Below are positions 1 to 10,889 of a stretch of 64,000 nt of DNA, one piece after another. Positions within the stretch are counted from its first letter, which is position 1. Every line of letters starts with the position of its first letter. Under the pieces are notes generated by a model. The model worked only from the letters and a program-made list of their open reading frames with translations, had not been told where the DNA came from and did not search any database. The position numbers were made by a program, and so were the translations under genes. The DNA lies in NCBI GenBank assembly GCA_964016885.1, contig OZ024743.1, forward strand, positions 174,406,001-174,470,000, read 5' to 3'. The DNA is from Eledone cirrhosa (lineage: Eukaryota).

Positions 1-75
1 CACAAGGGTGGGACGGGTCCTATTCAGCACAGTATCTCTCCATTCGTCACGGTCCATTGTTGTCTCCTCTGTGAG
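1..75 (-). mobile_element. 3' end fragment of RTE-type LINE/SINE
   Basis: Minus strand reads LTEETTMDRDEWRDTV, similar to the DR..WR motif at RTE ORF C-termini. Confidence 0.4.
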
Positions 76-131
76 TTTCAGCGATTATTTATAATTTTTG
101 TTGTTATTGCTGTTAATTTCTATTCTCCCAG

Positions 132-301
132 AATCTAAAAATAAGGAAAATGTTAATTTCTCACTTTCGGAGTTTGTGGAGGAGTCAGCAGATATGCAGG
201 AAGTACAAAATACAGCATCATCATCATCATACACAACAACTGACTCACTTTCACAAATTATGAGGGAACAACAGGAGGGACAAATTGAACTTGAGTTAAA
301 G
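132..301 (+). CDS. Coding exon of Smr-domain gene (ESKNKEN...IELELK)
   Basis: Pyrimidine tract plus AG at 130-131; donor AAG|GTTGGG at 301/302; phase-0 end matches the next exon. Confidence 0.7.
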
Positions 302-342
302 GTTGGGAAAATTTCTTTCTGGGTTGTTTTTCAATAGTTTCG

Positions 343-383
<41 letters not shown>

Positions 384-525
384 GTGTTCTTGTGCAAGAT
401 GCTTCAGTTCACATTGCTTATTCTGAGTCATCATCATACACAACAACTGACTCACTTTCACAAATTATGAGGGAACAACAGGAGGGACAAATTGAACTTG
501 AGTTAAAGGTTTTTCAATAGTTTCG

Positions 526-582
<57 letters not shown>

Positions 583-3500
583 GTGTTCTTGTGCAAGATG
601 CTTCAGTTCACATTGCTTATTCTGAGTCATCATCATACACAACAACTGACTCACTTTCACAAATTATGAGGGAACAACAGGAGGGACAAATTGAACTTGA
701 GTTAAAGGTTGGGAAAATTTCTTTCTGGGTTGTTTTTCGATAGTTTCGTTTTTTACTATTTTATTTTTGTATTTTGTTATTATAATCATCATTTTTTTAC
801 ATGGCCTAGAGGTTAAGGTATTGGACTCGCAATTATATATATATGTATATATATATGTTAGTAGGGTGTGTAAGAACAGTTGCAGGTGGCGTGCCATTCG
901 AAGCACTCAATACTGTTATGAGGTCCATTTCATTTACAGCAACACTGACTTTAACTCTTAAATATATCTATATTTGTATATATATATCCACACACACACA
1001 CACACACACACACGCACATATGTATAGACATATACATATATGTTGTGTTCTTGTGCAAGATGCTTCAGTTCACATTGCTTATTCTGAGTCTGTGGAGCAT
1101 AGTTTGTCTTATGGTTCAGCTGGCCATTGTAGTCAGTACATGAAATATTTGTATGTGATAAAAAATTCTTAATAACAAAACTGATCCTTGCCATTTCATT
1201 TTCAGCTTCAGAGGAACGACCCAGTCACTGTAGGGAAGTTGAAGATGCTTTGTGATGAGTTTCCTGGTTATGATGCCAATATTATTGAAACTATATTTCA
1301 AGAAAATGAGTGAGTATACTGTATTTCATTAAAGATATTCCAACCTTGACCATCCAATATATATATACTGCAGTTGGTTGGAGCTTCTGGTTAGGAGATA
1401 GGAATTAATAATATTATATCAGAGATTATGGACAAACTAGTGTTGGGGCTATTGTGGAGATTGTTTAGCTCCCAAGTCAGCCTTGATTGAACAGACCTAT
1501 GGTCAAAGATATTCCAGTTATATCCATCCTATCTTTTTATCTTGGACTACATTTGTAATATGTCCTTTCTGTTGCTATGACAAACGGGTGTGATTTGAGG
1601 GATATTTGACTACTTTTTCTAGCTAGTAAAGTGACCATGTATAGACTCCCTTGCTGGCTAGAATACTTTTGATCACAGGTGTGCTTGATCAGCATTGAGT
1701 TGGGTCTAAAGAACAGCAACAGTTGAGATTGTCATGGATGGAATGTCTTTAGTCACAGATCTGCTTGATCAGGGTAGACCTGTAGCTAAACAACTACAGC
1801 ATTGAAAGTTAGGATGGCCATAGCTGGAATGCCTTTCATTGTAGATCTGGATAAGGGTAAACCTGATGATAAACAAATTCAGAAACAAAAAAAATGGCAT
1901 GATCATGACTGGAATGCCCTTGGTTGTAGGTTTGGTGGATGGAAGCAGACCCAGGGCTAAACAACTAGAATGAAAAGAGTTGGCAGGGTCATAACAGGAA
2001 CATCTTTGATTCATTTTATATTTATTCTCTTTCTATTCCAGTTACAATTACACAACAACTCTAGCTTTCTTAAATGGTTTTCCAGCAAAGTCAGCCTTGG
2101 ATAACAAAGTGTTTTCAGATTCTCCACAGCAATGTATTACAAAACAAACGGTAAGTTGTTTGTATGTCAATGTGTATATCTGGTTTGTGTGTTAATCAAG
2201 TGGCTGCTTAACTGACTGATTTTCTGCAGTTAGTGTTGCAGATAGTTAAGTCATTTATGTCTAAAACAACTCCAGGAGCTTTGACCCCTCTTCATTTCTC
2301 ATGCATGCTGGACCCATAGCCTCTGTGGATTCCATAGACTCCATCACAGTGTTGTTCAATATGTCTGAATCTGACTTGTGTGCTTGCCTAAATTGTTGAT
2401 GGTCAGGTGGCTGGTTGGATGATTTTCTGAAGTTAGTGCTGCAAATAGTTAAGTCATCTGCATCATTGCACTTCAGGAGTCTTCATCCTTCTTCATTTCT
2501 TGCACTTGACTCATAACCTCCATGGACACCTTAGAAGTCATCACAATATTGCCCAAACATGTCTATTAAAATCACCAGCTGTAATAATGAGGTCACTGTA
2601 ATTTTATAACAAGCTAGTCTGCAGAAGGGCCGCATAAAAGTTGTCCTTCAGTTCATCTGAACCCTTCAGTCGTGTCAAGGACACGACAACCTTCCTAGTG
2701 TTGGTGATTTACATGATAAACGCACCCAGTACATGCTGTAAAGTGCTTGGGGATAGGAAGGGCATCCAGTGGCAGAAATCTTGCGAAACAAAGGGTTGAG
2801 AGGACCCTCAGTTGTGCCAAAGGCATAACCTTTCCTGTGCACTGGAACGTAAGACTATACATAAGCAAGACACTTATCCTTGGTCTGCCTGGGAGATCAG
2901 TGTCTCCACTTCAATACTATCTTTGTATGGACCTGTCCAACCCTTGCTAGCAGGGAAAGCAGATGTTAAAATGATGATGATGATAATGATGGTAATAAAA
3001 GGGTTAACATTCATACTATGTGTTTATTTCCTTTATTTATTTCTCCTTCTGTATTTTTATTGTATTTCAGAATAAACCAAAAATCTATTCTAGAAACCGT
3101 TTCCTCAACTGGATCCAAGTTCCTAAAGTAGATTACCAGAACCTAATTGTCTTTTACAAACAGCGTCTTAGTGACTTGACTGCAAAAAAACATTTGTATA
3201 ACACACAGTGTTTATGTTTAGCTAAAGAATATAACCAGTCTCAGGTAAACAAACATCTTTTCTCTTTCTTTTCAGTCATCATCATCATCATCATTATCAT
3301 CATCATCATCATCACACCTCTATTTTTCATGCTTACATGGGTTAAAGGGGTTATGTTATGTACTGTGACCAAACTGGTATGGTGACTATGTCCTGGCTTA
3401 GTGGTTAGGGTATTGGACTCAAGATCATAAGGGCTTGCTTGATTCTTGGACTGGGTGGCATGTTGTGTTCTTGAGTAAAATACTTCCTTTCACACTGCTT

Positions 3501-6092
3501 TTCATGATTGGACTGGGCCCCATCTCATCAAAACCTCCAAGAAACTTACTAAGATCATAAGGTTGTGGGTTTGATTCCTGGACTGGGCAACATATCGTGT
3601 TCTTCAGCAAAATAATTTATTTCATGTTGCTTTTCATCATAGGATTGAGCCACCATCATTAAAACACAAAAAAACCTCCCTTAAATGATGATGATGATGA
3701 TAGACAATCCTCTATCTGTCACGATCCTGTGCTTTTTTTGTATATCTAGAACTACCTTGTTTAATGTGTCTCTCCTTTTTAAGACAGTAGGATGATGTGT
3801 TACAATCTAGCTATTATTTCTAGCAGGTTGAGTGACCATATAGATGCCCCGCCATCCTCATAATTGTGTTGTGTATTGTGTCAGAGTGCAGTGTTAATCT
3901 AACTTGATATAATTCAGAGGTGAAACATGTTTGGTGTTCTTCTAGGCTAATAATTATAAAAAGGAGTTATTGAAGGCAGAATTAGGACAGTTAAAGCAAG
4001 AAGTGGCAGATTCGTAAGTATATTTCTCTTCTTCTTTGTTCACTTATAAGAGAGAGAGAGAGGGTGGTGGTGATGATGATATTAGTGGTGGCTGGAAATG
4101 ATAATGATTGCTTGTATAACCTTTCAGATGATGAAAGTGAAGATTCCATGTGTCTAACACCTGTGGACATGCTTACAAAATCTGAAGACAGTACAGCTCC
4201 TATGACTTTCAGAAACATATTTTCACACTCAGAGTTGCTTAAGCATGGAACAAACTACCTGCATCAATTGTTGTCGGGATACTGCATCCTTCAAAACTTC
4301 TATGCTTCCTGAAATTTGCTAACACTAACCTGATACTCCCCCTCCATACACACACACGCATACACTGTTCACTTTCCTGACATTTGTACATTATTCTATG
4401 TACTATACATGCATCTTTGATGAGTTGTAGTGCACCTGAACACTGTACACAATAATTTTCATTATTAATATTATTATTATTTTAATACAGTTTTGATGTA
4501 TTATATAATCATAGGTTGAGTCCAGAAAATTACAATATTATTGATTTACATGGGATGAAGATCCATGAAGCTGTAAACATCACAAAGCAATGTCTACAGG
4601 ATTATAAGAAAGGTAAGATCATTTTCTTGGCTTTTGATTTTTTTTTAGTTTGCAGTGGTTGTCATTTGTCCATGTTGAATTGTCATTAATGTTCTCTGAA
4701 TTGTTCTTATTTCAGCTCTAGATGATGGCTATATGATGAAGAGAAACCTGACAATTATCACAGGCAAAGGTTTAAACAATGTAGCTGGGCGCTCTGTATT
4801 GAAACCACCAATCTTGTCCCGTCTCAAGCAAAGTGCATTCCGGTAAGCAGAAGAACTTTCCATCCACTTTCGAAGATAATCAGATATCGTCATAGATTCG
4901 ACCATAAGTGATGGCAACTGGCCTTCTGCCGGCGTTCGCTTCGATGACCCGGCAAGGAACTTGTGCGGGAACCCATAGTCGGTTTCAGGGGAAGTATGGT
5001 TGCAAAACAGAAACTTAAAGGAACTGACAGAAGGGTACCACCAGGAGTGGAGCCTGCAGCTTAATTTGACACAATTCGGGAAAACTCACCCGGTCTGGAC
5101 ACTGGTAGGATTGACAGATCAATACACTTCACTCTGAACAAGGAACCAAATTGACTCCCTAAAGTTTTGTTCAAAATTTTTTAATACTACATGCATCATA
5201 CTCTCTTTTACATCTATTTTCTATGCTGGCATAGATTAGATAGGTTGTCACTTTCTGAGGCTAGACAGGTCACAGAAACACATGTGCATACATTTCATTT
5301 TGGCATTGATTCTATATCTGGATGCCCTCCCTAACAGAGTGTAATGGGTGAATTTTATTGTGGCGCCAGCACTACCTCTTTACAAAGTTGGCTGAGTGTA
5401 TTTTATTGTGGCACCAACACTGCCAATTTACAGAGTGGGCAGGGTATATTTTATTGTGGCACCAGCACTAACACTTTATAGAGTGGTCTGGATGTATTTT
5501 ATTGTGGAGCCAGTACTAACAATTTACAGAGTGGGTTATGTGTATTTATCATGGCACCAGCACTACCCCTTTACAGCATGGGCTGGGTGTATTTATTATG
5601 GCACCAGCACTACCCCTTTACAGAGTGGGCTGGGTGTATTTATGGCATCGGCACTATCCCTTTACAGAGTGGGCTAGGTGTACTTATGACACCAACATTA
5701 CTATTTTATATAGTGTGCTGAGTGTATTTTATTGTGGTACCAGCAATACCACTTTTTACGGTGGTCTTGGCACTTTTTATCATGGCATCAAACCATCACT
5801 TTGCAGATTGGGCTGTGTGTATTTTATCATGGCACCAATATTCCCAATTTACAGAGTGGGCTGTGTGTATATTATTGTTAAAACTTCATAAATATATTCT
5901 TTACTCATGAGAATGTCTAAACTATGCCATCTATTACCTGCCTTGACTTATGTTAGGATTTTTGCCCATTTCTCAGACATAAAATAGGGGGTCGGCTTAT
6001 ATTGAAATATATACAGTATATTTACTAAATACCGTTCTATTTTTATTTGCAGATATCTTGAAGATGATGGATGCATCAAAGTATTTTTCTGA
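132..6092 (+). CDS. N4BP2: 3' part (8 coding exons) of a CUE + Smr domain protein, NEDD4-binding protein 2/NONU-1/Cue2-like; 5' exons lie upstream of the window
   Basis: Exons 132-301, 1206-1309, 2042-2150, 3071-3244, 3946-4013, 4515-4612, 4716-4842 and 6053-6092 all have AG/GT boundaries, and their phases join into one open frame. CUE-like segment KLKMLCDEFPGYDANIIETIFQENDYNYTTTLAFL; Smr motifs IIDLHGM and LTIITGKG..LKPPI; ends RYLEDDGCIKVFF* (TGA 6090-6092). Orthology versus paralogy is not resolved. Confidence 0.85.
221..750 (+). repeat. Tandem triplication (~200-bp unit) of an exon 3' half, splice donor and (CA)n
   Basis: TCATCATCATACACAACAACTGACTCACTTTCACAAATTATGAGGGAACAACAGGAGGGACAAATTGAACTTGAGTTAAAGGT occurs at ~221, ~428 and ~627. 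Confidence 0.9.
1206..1309 (+). CDS. Coding exon, N-terminal half of CUE-like domain
   Basis: ttcag|CTTCAG...GAAAATGA|gtgagt; LQRNDPVTVGKLKMLCDEFPGYDANIIETIFQEN. Confidence 0.85.
2042..2150 (+). CDS. Coding exon, C-terminal half of CUE-like domain
   Basis: ttccag|T TAC AAT...CAA ACG|gtaagt; (D)YNYTTTLAFLNGFPAKSALDNKVFSDSPQQCITKQT. Confidence 0.85.
2200..2665 (-). mobile_element. Decayed RTE-type LINE AP-endonuclease remnant, partly duplicated
   Basis: Minus strand: KDNFYAAL...IITAGDFNRHV...GVHGGY...RNEEG*RLL...LTICSTNFRK with stops; 2200-2400 resembles 2408-2570. Confidence 0.65.
2715..2990 (+). mobile_element. SINE with RTE-related body and (GAT)n tail
   Basis: AGGAAGGGCATCCAG...CCAACCC.TGCTAGCA.GGAAA...GTTAAAATGATGATG; related copies at ~5200-5345 (-), ~10700-10872, ~11150-11420 and a tail at ~18610-18652. 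Confidence 0.6.
3071..3244 (+). CDS. Coding exon of Smr-domain gene
   Basis: tttcag|AATAAA...TCTCAG|gtaaac; 174 nt, phase 0-0; NKPKIYSRNRFLNWIQ...KEYNQSQ. Confidence 0.8.
3392..3630 (+). mobile_element. Two decayed tRNA-headed CORE-type SINE fragments
   Basis: A-box TGGCTTAGTGG, B-box-like GATTC, GTGTTCTTGAG.AAAA.ACTT core; same family at 12832-12942 and 18327-18445. Confidence 0.55.
3946..4013 (+). CDS. Coding exon, helical segment preceding the Smr domain
   Basis: ttctag|GCTAAT...GATTC|gtaagt; ANNYKKELLKAELGQLKQEVAD; phase-2 end matches the next exon. Confidence 0.8.
4515..4612 (+). CDS. Coding exon, Smr domain N-part (IDLHG)
   Basis: catag|G TTG AGT...AAG AAA G|gtaaga; LSPENYNIIDLHGMKIHEAVNITKQCLQDYKK. 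Confidence 0.9.
4716..4842 (+). CDS. Coding exon, Smr domain (IITGKG)
   Basis: ttcag|CT CTA GAT...TTC CG|gtaagc; ALDDGYMMKRNLTIITGKGLNNVAGRSVLKPPILSRLKQSAF. Confidence 0.9.
4870..5124 (+). pseudogene. Intronic 18S rRNA fragment (~255 bp, central-to-3' conserved region)
   Basis: Near-universal 18S motifs GGGGAAGTATGGTTGCAAA..GAAACTTAAAGGAA.TGAC.GAAGGG.ACCACCAGGAGTGGAGCCTGC.GCTTAATTTGAC.CAA..CGGGAAAACTCACCCGG...AGGATTGACAGAT; flanked by CACTT at 4865-4869 and 5125-5129. Confidence 0.92.
5335..5880. repeat. ~42-46-bp degenerate minisatellite
   Basis: About 12 units of ACAGAGTGGGCTGGGTGTATTTTATTGTGGCACCAGCACTACCCCTTT. Confidence 0.85.
6053..6092 (+). CDS. Terminal coding exon of Smr-domain gene
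   Basis: ttgcag|A TAT CTT GAA GAT GAT GGA TGC ATC AAA GTA TTT TTC TGA; resembles the G-C-x-K-V C-terminus of N4BP2 Smr. Confidence 0.85.
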
Positions 6093-6526
6093 AATTTTCA
6101 TCATTTTTTTTGTTTCACTTGCTTTCTTGATGGTTATGGCATTAACTGGAAACAGATTCTTTGATGGATGAAGTCATTATATTTACCAGAGCTCTTTCTA
6201 ATGGTTCTACTTGGCACTCTAATGAAACATCCCCTGGTTGTTCTATTGGAGTTGGTCTTGGTAGTTCTAACAGCTCTGTCTCGACAACTCCTGAACATGA
6301 AATTCATGCAGACTGTTGCACATGATGGTCTTAATGATGAAACTCAATGACTGTCACTTCAGGATTGTCCAAATGATCACCTTCTTAGTGACTGTTACTC
6401 ATAGATTGCCCTAGACGATAAACTCTTGGTGGTTATCATGTCTAATGGATCTAATGTTCAAACTTTCTGGTGACTGTCACTCTTGACATATAATCCTTGA
6501 CATCAAATTATTAAAAACTATCGTCT

Positions 6527-7690
6527 GTGATAGTCTTGTCACATGATATTCCTGTCACATGATAGTCTTGTCACATGACAGTCCTGTCACATGATAGTCA
6601 TGTCACATGATAATCCTGTTGCATGATAGTTCTCCTGTCACATGGTAGTCCTGTCACGTGGTAGTCCTGTCACATGATAGTCCTATCAGATGATAGTCTT
6701 GTCGCATGATAGTCCTGTCACATGACAGTCTTGTAACATGATAGTCTTGTCGCATGATAGTCCTGTCACATAATTCTGTCACATAATACTTCATCACATG
6801 ATAGTCTTGTCACATATTAGTCCTGTCACATGATAGCCCTGTCACATGACAGTCCTGTCACATGATAGTCCTGTCACATGACAGTCTTGTCACATGATAG
6901 CCCTGTCACATGACAGTCCTGTCACATGATAGTCCTGTCATGATACTTCATCACATGATAGTCCTGTCACATGATAGTCCTGTCACATGACAGACCTGTC
7001 ATATGATAGCCCTGTCACATGATACTTCATCACATGATAGCCCTGTCACATGATAGCCCTGTCATATGATAGTCTTGTCACATGACAGTCCTGTCACATG
7101 ATAATTCTGTCACATGATAGTCCTGTCACATGATACTTCATCACATGATAGTCCTGTCACATGATAGTCCTGTCACATGATAGTCCTGTCACATGATAGT
7201 CTTGTCACATGACAGACCTGTCATATGATAGTCCTGTAACATGATAGTCCTGTCACATGATACTTCATCACATGATAGCCCTGTCACATGATAGCCCTGT
7301 CACATGACAGTCCTGTCGCATGATAGTCTTGTCACATGACAGACCTGTCATGGTAGTCCTGTAACATGATACTTCATCACATGATAGCCCTGTCACATGA
7401 TAGCCCTGTCATATGATAGTCTTGTCACATGATAGTCTTGTCACATGACAGTCCTGTCACATGATAGTCTTGTCACATGACAGACCTGTCATATGATAGT
7501 CCTGTAACATGATACTTCATCACATGATAGCCCTGTCACATGATAGCCCTGTCATATGATATTCTTGTCACATGACAGTCTTGTCACATGATAGTCCATC
7601 ACATGATAGTCCTGTCACATGAGTCTTGTCACATGATAGCCCTGTCATATGACAATCCTGTCACATGATAGTTCTGTAAAATGATAGTCA
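6527..7690. repeat. 16-bp minisatellite (TGTCACATGATAGTCC)n
   Basis: About 70 units with recurring variants (GATACTTCATCAC, GACAGACC, GATAGCCC). Confidence 0.95.
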
Positions 7691-8175
7691 TAGTCGTGTA
7701 CCTGTTACATGTGACAAGACTAGTTGTGTCAATTGAGATAATCCAGGACATGAAAGCAATGAAACCTGCCACAGGACAACATGTTTCTAGACATTACAAC
7801 TACTTAAAGTTCTTGATCTCAAACATTTAGAAACTGTTACAGCTCATGGTTAGAAACATCAATTTCACTGTACACATGACTCATGACGATCATAGAAAAC
7901 AACAACAACAACAACAATTATAACAACATGTTCATATACACATGCACACACAAACACCCACACAGATGCAGAGAGAGAAGCATTCCTTCCTTACCAAACT
8001 AATAGATATTGTTACTGTGATCATCTTTAGTCATTAATCAAAGATGGTTAAATCTTTGTTACTTTCGATGATCATAGATATTCAATCATCTTGATCAGTC
8101 ATTAAGAAAATTATTACTTTTAACAGGTCTGCATTGTAAAAACTGCAATATTATTATTGTTATTATTATTATTAG

Positions 8176-9232
8176 AACAACGGACACCTTGCTTTGCAGC
8201 ATTGAGTTACGGCTCTTTACGGTCTGAGTTAAAATTCTGCAGTGGTTAACTTTGCCTTTCATCCTTACGGGGTCGATAAAATAAAAGCACCAGTAACGTT
8301 CTGGGGTCAATTTAATTGACTTTCTCCATCACCCAAATTACTGGCCTTGTGCCTATACTAGAAATCATTATTATTATTACTAAGGGCGATGGATTGGCAG
8401 TATCGGTAGAGGGTCGGACGCCATGCTTTGACGCATAGAGTTACGGCCCTTGCCATTCTGAGTTCAAATCCCGCCGAAGTGAACTTTGCCTTTCATCCTT
8501 ACAGGGTCGATAAAATAAAGTACCAGTAATGCACTGGGGTAATTGCTGGCCTTGTGCTAAAAGTAGAAACAATTATTATTATTAGGACGGTAGATTGGCA
8601 GAATCGTTAGTGTCAGGCTTTATTGTATTCTGGCCCTTTACGCCCTGAGTTCAAATCCCCCCAAGGTCAACTTTGCCTTTCATCCTTTCGGGGTTGATAA
8701 AATAAAGCACCAATAATGTACTAGGTTTGATGTAATGACCTTTCCTTCCCTACAAATTGTTGATCTTGTGCCTAAATTATAAGGGCGGTGGATTGGCAGT
8801 GTTGGTAGAGTGCCTGACACCCAGCTTCGCGCCATAGTTACGGCCCTTTATCTTCTGAGTGCAAATCCTACCGACGTTAGGTTTGATTTTCATCCTTACA
8901 GGTTTGATAAAATAAAGCACCAGTAATGTACTGGGGTCGATTTAATTGACTTTCCCCTCCCCTTCAAATTGCTGGCCTTGTGTCTAAACTAGAAACAATT
9001 ATTATTATTATTATTATTATGTGGATTGGCAGTATCGGTAGAGAGTCGGACACCATGCTTTGAAGCATAGAGTTACGTCCCTTTATGATCTGAGTTCAAA
9101 TCCCGCCGAGGTTAACTTTGCCTCTCATCCTTACGGGGTCGATAAAATAGAGTACCAGTAATGTACTGGGTAATTGCTGGCCTTGTGCCTAAAATAGAAA
9201 CAATTATTATTATTATTATTTTATTATTATTA
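8176..9232 (+). mobile_element. Head-to-tail array of 5 tRNA-type SINEs with Meta-domain-like core and (ATT)n tails
   Basis: Units start at ~8176 (truncated), 8385, 8585, 8784 and 9021. A-box TGGCAGTATCGG, B-box GAGTTCAAATCC, core CTTTGCCTTTCATCCTTACGGGGTCGATAAAATAAAGTACCAG, tail GGCCTTGTG-N8-AGAAA-NN-(ATT)n; the third unit has a degraded tail. Confidence 0.9.
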
Positions 9233-9472
9233 ATGTTTGTAACCATTGTAGTTGTTTAACCTTCAGGGATCTCTCTGATACTGCCAGCTACACTGGGAAA
9301 TCTTTCTAAAACCTCAGGTGGTCTTTCTACGATATAACCAATGAAAGCCTAACAAAACTAATTGTTTTCACTGTCTTTACTTAACTACAAACAACAACAT
9401 ATTTCGTACCATGATTTCATAAGGAATAAAAGAAAAACAAAAAAGAGAAAAATGAAAACAAATAACAAAAAA

Positions 9473-9484
9473 TGTATATGTCTA

Positions 9485-9528
<44 letters not shown>

Positions 9529-9792
9529 CACATTTATGTATATAGATATTCATACATATATATATATATATGTATTTTTATGTATGTATATGTATATATA
9601 TACATATGTGTGTCCATATATATATATATATATATATACACACATTTATGTATAGATATGTATATATGTATGTATATATATATATATATATGTTTATGTA
9701 TGTGTGTATATATATATATATACACATGTGTGTCTATATGTATATATATGTTTATATATATGTGTGTGTATATATATATATACACATATATA
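9473..9792. repeat. (TA)/(TG)/(CA) compound microsatellite
   Basis: Direct inspection. Confidence 0.95.
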
Positions 9793-10054
9793 TTTTTTAT
9801 ACTTTGATATATTTTTATATAACTTCTTTCATTTTGCCATTTTTTTTTGTCTTGTGTTGGATATAATAACAATAATAACATCACTAAAATATTTCCTTGT
9901 ATTCAACTATTTTTCATTCTGTTACTTCCAAATCCATTTTAACATTGTTTTAACTCTGTCACTGATCTATCACTGATCTATTCTTATTACTACTAATCTG
10001 GTCTAATACTATGATTTAACTCTTAATATCCTGTACCTAATCAAACTGCTCTAG

Positions 10055-10510
10055 CAAGACATTTTTGAAAAATTCTGAAACAGTAATATGACTGCATCAT
10101 ATTAAAACTTAAAGTCTTTATTCTAATATTACAAAATTTCACTACAATCTGTCTACTAGATACTATAAACATTGCAAAACATGAAAAGTACAAAGTATCA
10201 CTATGACTCTATTATATTAAAAATTAAAGTCTTTATTCTAATATTACAAATTTTCACTACAATCTGTCCATAGCATCAGCATGTTTATAGTAAAGATACT
10301 ATAAATATTGCAAGATATTCATGAAAAGTACAAAGCATCAATATGACTGAATCATATTAAAGATTAATTCCAATGTGGTGAAATTTCACAATGATCTGTC
10401 CACTAGTACATATACTATAAACATTAGAAATTAAGAAACCACATGAAACCACATTAGCAAGACATTTTTGAATAGTACAAAACAACCCTATGACTGCATC
10501 ACATGAAAAA
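10055..10510. repeat. Degenerate ~115-165-bp tandem repeat (3-4 units)
   Basis: ATGACT.CATCATATTAAAA.TTAAAGTCTTTATTCTAATATTACAAA recurs at ~10088 and ~10203, and more diverged at ~10343 and ~10490. Confidence 0.7.
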
Positions 10511-10889
10511 TTAGACAAATTATAAAGATTTCAATTAACAAACCTGTTTTAAAATATTTTCTGCTAAGTCATTACAGGATGTTTAGTTAAACTTTGATAC
10601 CCATAAGCAATATATATATATATCACCCACCCACTCCTGCCTACACCACCCTTACAATGTGAACAAAACATATCCAGCCCCACACTATAAAGTGGTTGTG
10701 TAGGTGTCATGACAAAAAGCACCCAGCACACACTGTAAATGTGGTTGGTGTTAGGAAGGATATCCAGCCGTTGAAACCTAGCCAGAAATAGTCCTATATG
10801 ACTTAGCTCAAATGGGACGACCCATCTAATCCATGCTAGCGTGGAAAATGGGTGTTAAACAATGATGATGATAATATATATATATATAT

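Noticed and set aside
4064-4312. 82-aa ORF or extra exon in the Smr gene intron
   Set aside because: It is not needed, because the flanking exons already join in phase, and it has no recognisable motif.
4870-5124. Functional rDNA unit
   Set aside because: Only 255 bp, mutated at conserved positions, intronic, and no other rRNA sequence is nearby.
6168-6350. 60-aa hydrophobic ORF downstream of the Smr gene
   Set aside because: It lies in degenerate repeat-like 3' UTR or flank sequence with no support.
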